Shown here one piece after another: positions 58,349 to 64,000 of a stretch of 64,000 nucleotides of DNA. The position numbers were made by a program, and so were the translations under genes. The first letter of the stretch is position 1; every line of letters starts with the position of its first letter. This DNA comes from a virus. Lineage: Duplodnaviria; Caudoviricetes. Below the pieces are notes generated by a model. That model was given only the letters and a program-made list of their open reading frames with translations, searched no databases and was not told the origin of the DNA. Where the stretch lies: the IMG/VR virus record IMGVR_UViG_3300010167_001484, positions 32,001-96,000 of that record; one strand, given 5' to 3'.

Positions 58349-58578
58349 TTAAGCGACATAGACATCAATATTATGTAGTTTACAAATTTACTGTTAATGG
58401 TATTGAAGCAGGTACACGAAGTTGTATATTGTGTAGAAAACGAAAGTTAAACACTCCTGAGGATATAGAATTGGTTGAAGAATTTCTTAAATCGACAGAT
58501 AAACTTGAAAATGTTTTGATAATTTGGTGGAAGCGATTGAAACGTGAAGGATCAATATTCGAGGAATTTTCATGTTAA
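58345..58578 (+). CDS. Hypothetical protein
   Basis: Coupled ORF. Confidence 0.55.
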   Translation: MIKRHRHQYYVVYKFTVNGIEAGTRSCILCRKRKLNTPEDIELVEEFLKSTDKLENVLIIWWKRLKREGSIFEEFSC

Positions 58579-59498
58579 CAATTCAAACGGCTGGACAACA
58601 GATTTTAAATAATAATCCAGGTAAATTCTATGTTTTCTGTGGTCTAGAATATGGTGTGAAGGATAGATATCTAACTGCTATAAAGAGCCATTACAATGGT
58701 GTGTATACAGAATACAGTAATTTTAAAGACGTGCGCGATTTAATGCAGGTTAAGAGTATTATTCCCTTGAAACCTCAATTATATATAATACGTTATGATG
58801 ATGAATTCTTAAATTCATTAAAGGATAGAACTGCAAGTGATATTAATAAGTTAAATATAATAGGAACAGTAGTTATTATTTATCAAGATACTAAATCTCT
58901 AACAAAGTGTGATAAATTTCTACCTGATTATACAATATCCTTTAATCTGGTTGCATCGCATTATCTAATTAAGTATCTCGTTAATGATTATCCTGATCTG
59001 GATAAGAACCTAGTTAATCTCGCAATTAAATCTAGGATAGATTATAAAGGCGCTCAAATATTGTCGAGTTTATTTAATATGATACCTAAATCTGATTTAT
59101 CTATATATGACGATTCTCAGATAGCATCTTTATTTTATTGTTCAAATGAATCGTTAGAAGATAATATTAAAATTGGATTTGCATCTCGAAATTTTCACTA
59201 TTTAATTCAAGTGATTGATGATTATCCTGGAGATTTAGATTTCATATTATATATGATGTTAAATACTTTAGTTGAATTAGATAAACTCAAAGTTAAAAAT
59301 TATATAGAATCTCCGTTGAAACCTTATTTAAATGTTTGGACTAAACAAGATATATACAACATGTATATGATTATTTATCAAACAATAGAAGATTTAAGAA
59401 GTATAACAACAGATACGTATGCTAGATTGGTTTATGTATTAGGTATTCTCCAATATAACCCTATACCTATATTAGAATTAATGGATTGGGGATTGTAA
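58572..59498 (+). CDS. Clamp loader delta-like subunit (putative)
   Basis: YVFCGLEYG.K..Y...I N-terminus resembles HolA; size and context. Confidence 0.55.
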   Translation: MLTIQTAGQQILNNNPGKFYVFCGLEYGVKDRYLTAIKSHYNGVYTEYSNFKDVRDLMQVKSIIPLKPQLYIIRYDDEFLNSLKDRTASDINKLNIIGTVVIIYQDTKSLTKCDKFLPDYTISFNLVASHYLIKYLVNDYPDLDKNLVNLAIKSRIDYKGAQILSSLFNMIPKSDLSIYDDSQIASLFYCSNESLEDNIKIGFASRNFHYLIQVIDDYPGDLDFILYMMLNTLVELDKLKVKNYIESPLKPYLNVWTKQDIYNMYMIIYQTIEDLRSITTDTYARLVYVLGILQYNPIPILELMDWGL

Positions 59499-59499
59499 T

Positions 59500-59724
59500 A
59501 TGTATGATGTTGTATATAGATGCTTATTATGTGATAAGAAAATACGTCTTGGTAGAGAACTAGATGTTCCGGAAAGTGAATTACCTGTGTTTTTAGGTAA
59601 GATTATTAAGAATCAATTATTTGCTGGTAATACTTATCTTCATCAAGCACCTATGCAGATACCTCATAGATGCGATGACGGTAGTGCTGGAATGGCTTGG
59701 TTTGCAGGTTTAGTTAAATTATAG
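59500..59724 (+). CDS. Small zinc-binding protein
   Basis: YRCLLC...HRC. Confidence 0.55.
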   Translation: MYDVVYRCLLCDKKIRLGRELDVPESELPVFLGKIIKNQLFAGNTYLHQAPMQIPHRCDDGSAGMAWFAGLVKL

Positions 59725-59735
59725 TAAGGAGAATT

Positions 59736-60080
59736 ATGATGAGTTTAGATATTAAACATGTTACAAATGGTAAAGAAGTTGTATATGTAGTATTTAATAC
59801 AGGGATATCTCCTCCAACAATGGAAATCTATAAAGAACGTGATGATGTACCTATACAAATACGTGATTATGCAGAAGAGGGCATACCTTCATTCTATGGC
59901 CCAGATATATCACGAATTGTAGGTAGATTTAATGGTGTAGGCAATGCATTACTTGATTATTTATGGCCTAATCATCCTGATTGTAAATTGTTCGGTCGTA
60001 AGAATAATTTCTGTATAGCTGAATCTTGTATACATGCACCTGATAGTAATTGGCAGGAGTGTAAATATTTAGATGTGTAA
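59736..60080 (+). CDS. Hypothetical protein
   Basis: RBS aaggag. Confidence 0.6.
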   Translation: MMSLDIKHVTNGKEVVYVVFNTGISPPTMEIYKERDDVPIQIRDYAEEGIPSFYGPDISRIVGRFNGVGNALLDYLWPNHPDCKLFGRKNNFCIAESCIHAPDSNWQECKYLDV

Positions 60081-60258
60081 ATTTTGTACTAGTTACACAA
60101 CCAAACATCATTCTCAGCGTAATGAAGGTCAAATGTCAATGTTTGAAGGTTGGTTAGAAGTTATAGTTTGGACTAAGGTTGCATCTTTTCCTATCAATTT
60201 CTGTCCTTTGTGTGGTGAAAAATTAGAATATGAACGAGTAGATGTAGATACTCTGTAG
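60073..60258 (+). CDS. Small zinc-ribbon protein
   Basis: MCKFC...INFCPLCG. Confidence 0.6.
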   Translation: MCKFCTSYTTKHHSQRNEGQMSMFEGWLEVIVWTKVASFPINFCPLCGEKLEYERVDVDTL

Positions 60259-60265
60259 GTATTGT

Positions 60266-61048
60266 ATGGATCTAAAATGTCAACAAGAGGTAATTGAAAA
60301 ACTAGAGAGTTGCAAGGATTCTAATATCCATAGTTTAATTATATATGGATCTTCAGGTTCAGGTAAATCTTATCTAGCAAAGAGGTATGCAGATATTTTA
60401 GATGTGTCAGACTTTTATTTAATCCACCCTAAAGTGACTGAGATAAGAGATGTGATTGAAGAGTGTTCTCAAATAAATTCTAATGTTGTTTTGTGTATAG
60501 AAAATTTAGATACAGGTGTATTTGCAGCATCTTCAGCATTATTGAAATTTCTAGAAGAACCTGCTCATAATGTATACATTGTTGTAACTGCTAGAAATTT
60601 AAAATTAATACAAGAAACTATTATAAGTAGAAGTTATGTAGTAGGAGTTAATATTCCAACAAAAGGTGATTTAGTTTTATATGCAGAAGATACATATCCT
60701 GAGGAATATAGATTGTACAATAATCGAGATATCTGGAATTGTGTTCAAACATTTGAAGATGTTAATACAGTTTTAGCTATGAATTCTACTCAGATACAGT
60801 ATATTGAAGAATTGCCGGAACTGTGCCTCAAATCAAAATGTATTTCAGATACATTGTGGTCTTTACAGAAATATCCTGAAAATCTTGGAGATACACCTAT
60901 TAATTTAACAATTCGTTATATTATGTATAAACAACCCAAATTATTATATTCAGGAATTAATTGTATAAGATCTTTAGAACAGAAACGAATTGCAGATTAT
61001 GTTATTCTAACTAAATTCTTATTTGAATTTAAAGGAGTTAGTATATGA
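60266..61048 (+). CDS. holB: Clamp loader delta'-like subunit
   Basis: HSLII.G.SGSGKS, ALLKFLEEP..N.YI, TIISR. Confidence 0.75.
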   Translation: MDLKCQQEVIEKLESCKDSNIHSLIIYGSSGSGKSYLAKRYADILDVSDFYLIHPKVTEIRDVIEECSQINSNVVLCIENLDTGVFAASSALLKFLEEPAHNVYIVVTARNLKLIQETIISRSYVVGVNIPTKGDLVLYAEDTYPEEYRLYNNRDIWNCVQTFEDVNTVLAMNSTQIQYIEELPELCLKSKCISDTLWSLQKYPENLGDTPINLTIRYIMYKQPKLLYSGINCIRSLEQKRIADYVILTKFLFEFKGVSI

Positions 61049-61248
61049 TAATATCTACAAAAATAGAAATATATGATAATTGTTGTGAATGTGAGTATGT
61101 GAGAACTGATTCTGTAGATTTTGCTGAAATGTTTACTTGTGGAGTTGATCCTTCCTTAGATGTTACAGATTTAATAATTCAAAGATCTAAATTTTATCAT
61201 CCATGTTGTCCAATGCAGAGAATATTTATCAAAGGAGGATTGGTATGA
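61045..61248 (+). CDS. Small Cys-rich protein
   Basis: NCCEC...CPM. Confidence 0.5.
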   Translation: MIISTKIEIYDNCCECEYVRTDSVDFAEMFTCGVDPSLDVTDLIIQRSKFYHPCCPMQRIFIKGGLV

Positions 61249-62234
61249 AATTATATTTTAGTGGTGCGTCAACTTTTAGAGCATATGAAACATTGAAGAA
61301 AATGCCCGATTATAGACCTTTAACTCTATTACATACTCAATATGAACGTTCATCTATTGATAAGGTAAAACCCTTCATAGATAGTGGTGATGTTGAACCT
61401 TTATTCATAGATAGTGGAGCATTTTCAGTTCATACAGGTAAAGTTGAAGAGAATATTGAAGAATATGTTCATTATTTAAATGAGATTGATGATTATGTTC
61501 ATCTTGCTGCTCAATTTGATGAAATTCCTGGTGAATATCGCAAACCAAAAACTCCTGAACATTATATATATTCAGCTGAAAGAAGTTGGGCAAATTTCTT
61601 ACAAATGTATGATCATATGAAGTCTCCTGAAAAATTGATATATGTATTCCATCAAGGTGAAGATATATCTAATCTTGTTAGAGCACTAGAATGGAGAGAT
61701 AAAGATGGTAAGGGATTAGGTGTAGTAGGAATATCTGGTCAGAATGACTCTTCAGAAAAGATGAAGAATGAATTTATAATTCAAGCAATAGATATTGTTC
61801 AACATTCTAGTAATCCCAAGTGTAAAACACATCTATTTGGTAGTACAAACAAATATGTAGTAAATGCAGTTCAGCCCTATTCAGCAGATAGTACAACACA
61901 TTTACAGATTGGAATATATGGTAAGATATATATTCCCTCAATATATCAACCTGTGATTGTATCAAATATACAAAGACCTAAAGGTCCTGAATCTGATACA
62001 GCTAATAGTGAAGATGAATCTTCGACAACACTAAAAACACTTCCATATAAAGGTGGATCTGATATGTATAAAGAAGTTGAAACATATCTGCACAGCTTGA
62101 ATCTAACTATGAATGATGTAGAAGGCTCTTCTTATTGTAGAATGGCAGTAAATATATATTATTGGCAAAGGCAATTTGATCATATAACTGATCTAAATGT
62201 GATAACTCACCCTAGATCTAAGAAGTTATTCTAG
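61245..62234 (+). CDS. dpdA: DpdA-like 7-deazaguanine DNA transglycosylase (TGT fold)
   Basis: LFIDSGAFS, D.IPG, VFHQGE, HLFG, SADSTT. Confidence 0.75.
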   Translation: MKLYFSGASTFRAYETLKKMPDYRPLTLLHTQYERSSIDKVKPFIDSGDVEPLFIDSGAFSVHTGKVEENIEEYVHYLNEIDDYVHLAAQFDEIPGEYRKPKTPEHYIYSAERSWANFLQMYDHMKSPEKLIYVFHQGEDISNLVRALEWRDKDGKGLGVVGISGQNDSSEKMKNEFIIQAIDIVQHSSNPKCKTHLFGSTNKYVVNAVQPYSADSTTHLQIGIYGKIYIPSIYQPVIVSNIQRPKGPESDTANSEDESSTTLKTLPYKGGSDMYKEVETYLHSLNLTMNDVEGSSYCRMAVNIYYWQRQFDHITDLNVITHPRSKKLF

Positions 62235-62248
62235 AATACAAACAAATT

Positions 62249-62300
62249 GATCTGGACCAGAAATACATTTAGATCTATAATATGTATACTGGTCTAGGTC
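62249..62300 (+). other. Long hairpin after dpdA (terminator or structured RNA)
   Basis: gatctggaccag..tacat / atgta..ctggtctaggtc pairing with G-U. Confidence 0.5.
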
Positions 62301-62423
62301 TTTGTATATCAACTATAAACAAATATGCGATAGGTCCTTGATCTAAGTGATAGGTATAGAGATTATGGATAGATATCTATTATAGATAATTGAAGTAGCA
62401 GATGAAGATTCTTGAAAGTATTA

Positions 62424-62436
62424 AACCTTTAATAAT
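62424..62436 (+). promoter_or_regulatory. Putative late-class promoter AACCTTTAATAAT
   Basis: Matches 2315, 10368, 18777. Confidence 0.5.
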
Positions 62437-62472
62437 AGTGTAAAGATCAATCTGATTATATGAGGTGATATC

Positions 62473-62736
62473 ATGGTACCGAAAGAAGAGATAAATGAGT
62501 TAAAATCAGCGTCAGAACTTAGGACAGCGGCATCAGGAGCTTCTGATAGACTTATATTAGAAGCTATTGCAAGAGCATGTAATTTTGCTGCTAATACAGG
62601 AGAATTGACTACTACATGGACTGGTACATTACCTGAACATTTACAGAAAGCGGTTGAAGCTAAAGGTTACACAGTTACAAATGTGAAGATTGGGAATAGA
62701 CCTGTTGATACTGTTTGGAATTTCAGTTGGAAGTGA
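62473..62736 (+). CDS. Hypothetical protein
   Basis: RBS gaggtg. Confidence 0.65.
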   Translation: MVPKEEINELKSASELRTAASGASDRLILEAIARACNFAANTGELTTTWTGTLPEHLQKAVEAKGYTVTNVKIGNRPVDTVWNFSWK

Positions 62737-62740
62737 TATT

Positions 62741-63190
62741 ATGCCTTCAGATATAATTTATGATTTGCATTCATATACTAGTACAACAGAAAATGTGAAA
62801 TTAATAAATGTAAGACAACTCGGGTATTCTATATGGTTAAGAATACCTGAAGATATTGCATCGCAATATGTTTTATTCACAGTTGAGGAGTTATTGAGTA
62901 AACGTGAAGAAGTTCAGAATTTTTCATATTTTATTGAAAGGGAGAATCTTCGACCTTGGTTGAAGGTTCGTACAGATCTACTTAATAAGGAAGAAGGATT
63001 TCATAGCTATAAATTCTCTTTTGTACATATCAAGAAACATGATATAATTTCGTTATATTTTACATATAATATGCAGAATGATAATCCTAGTAAGAGTTAT
63101 CTATTTAAAAATCGTAAGAATTTGAATCCTGAGGTTGAACGAGAATTTTTAAATATGGATGATGGTCAGCGTTGGGAAGGGAGATTGTAG
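62741..63190 (+). CDS. Hypothetical protein
   Basis: ORF. Confidence 0.6.
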   Translation: MPSDIIYDLHSYTSTTENVKLINVRQLGYSIWLRIPEDIASQYVLFTVEELLSKREEVQNFSYFIERENLRPWLKVRTDLLNKEEGFHSYKFSFVHIKKHDIISLYFTYNMQNDNPSKSYLFKNRKNLNPEVEREFLNMDDGQRWEGRL

Positions 63191-63203
63191 AGTATGAACT
63201 TTA

Positions 63204-63306
63204 AATCGTATAAATATACGAAAAAATCGTATAAATATACGAAGTGTTTGTGTGCACCATATCGCAGCGAGCATAATTTGATTTCATTCGTATAAATATA
63301 CGAAAT
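63204..63306. repeat. Dispersed ~100-bp palindrome-array element, copy 2
   Basis: TCGTATAAATATACGA at 63206, 63227, 63288; core CCATATCGCAGCGAGCAT at 63257. Confidence 0.9.
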
Positions 63307-63331
63307 CATATATAAGAAAAGAGGTAGTAGC

Positions 63332-64000
63332 GTGTCTATTCAAGCTATATTTTCATCTAAATTATATAAAGCTAGTCCACGTAAAGTTAAGATTAGGGCA
63401 GCTCTAAATAGTCCTGTTAATGTTGAGTTAGTTCAACAATTGACTGAATATTTAGATGATGATTCAAAAGAATTATTAGAAAATGAGATTGATAAGGATA
63501 CTAATCTTGATACAGCTAATCCAGAAGGTGGAGAGCCCTCAAAAGGAGGTAGTTCCGGAGGATCTGGAGGAGGCGGAGGATCATTTTCTGGTGGGGGTGG
63601 ATCATTCTCTGGTGGAGGTGGCGGTGAATTCTTCACAGCATCTCCTGATGGTGATATTGAGGAGGGGTTTGATGATTCGGAATCTTCTGGTGATGTGTCT
63701 TTTGAAGATGAATCTGAGGCTCCTGATATAGATGATGGTGATGATGTAGACTCTGGTACAAAGATTAAAGGTCAAGCTATTGCAGCTTGTTATGATCCTG
63801 CTCAACTTCCAGGTCAAATAAAGTCAACTTTGAATATGAGAGAAGATACCGCAGGAGTAGAACGAGTTGCTACTAAGGAATGTGAACTCTGGATATATTA
63901 TAATGATAAAGTTAATCTTAACAATGTGATGTCTATGGTAATTGAGGTATTGAATGCTGCAAGTTATAGTTATTTGAATTTTAACAGGTTAGCTCGAACT
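63332..64000 (+). CDS. Acidic, Gly/Ser-linker protein, possibly head-internal (3' partial, not in ORF track)
   Basis: RBS gaggt, GTG start MSIQAIFSSKLYKASPRKVKIRAALNSP..., open to the window end. Confidence 0.7.
   Translation, partial: MSIQAIFSSKLYKASPRKVKIRAALNSPVNVELVQQLTEYLDDDSKELLENEIDKDTNLDTANPEGGEPSKGGSSGGSGGGGGSFSGGGGSFSGGGGGEFFTASPDGDIEEGFDDSESSGDVSFEDESEAPDIDDGDDVDSGTKIKGQAIAACYDPAQLPGQIKSTLNMREDTAGVERVATKECELWIYYNDKVNLNNVMSMVIEVLNAASYSYLNFNRLART

Noticed and set aside
11035-63731. Alternative-frame + strand ORFs 11035, 42213, 63483
   Set aside because: Nested in well-supported longer CDSs; no independent signals
3993-63817. Minus-strand ORFs in the track (e.g. 3993, 4413, 6458, 11202, 26556, 63433)
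   Set aside because: Antisense shadows of + strand genes, especially Gly-rich ones; no RBS or recognisable motifs
1-64000. Stop-codon reassignment
   Set aside because: Conserved genes are intact under code 11, and TAG, TGA and TAA all terminate genes at sensible positions
1-64000. tRNA or rRNA genes
   Set aside because: No cloverleaf or T-loop pattern noticed in the short intergenic gaps

Overview
An AT-rich, densely coded segment of a large tailed bacteriophage, probably infecting a Firmicutes/Clostridia-type host; essentially all genes are on the + strand. 1-7.3 kb: end of a virion/receptor-binding module (two BspA-like LRR paralogues, a glycine-rich fibre-like protein). 7.3-31 kb: accessory region of small genes in cassettes headed by a repeated TTTCGTTATA promoter-like motif. 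It includes a stand-alone ribosomal-S3-type KH domain, HD, MazG, ASCH/PUA-like, KTSC and DUF932 proteins, a ClpX lacking its ClpP-docking loop, a TnpB-only IS200/IS605 element and homing endonucleases. 31-62 kb: replication and nucleotide-metabolism module (DnaC-like loader, DnaB, DnaG, class II RNR with mini-intein, SSB, family A polymerase with HNH intein, beta clamp, tau/delta/delta' clamp loader, Cas4-like nuclease, RecA, resolvase), two tandem sigma-like factors, a YhhQ preQ0/preQ1 transporter and a DpdA-like DNA transglycosylase. Most notable signals: (i) a ~100-bp dispersed element with three phased TCGTATAAATATACGA palindromes and a conserved GC-rich core; (ii) a readable three-tier promoter/sigma cascade; (iii) GC-recoded codon islands at catalytic motifs; (iv) a shared N-terminal leader motif on unrelated proteins. 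All protein calls come from motif recognition by eye, not database searches.
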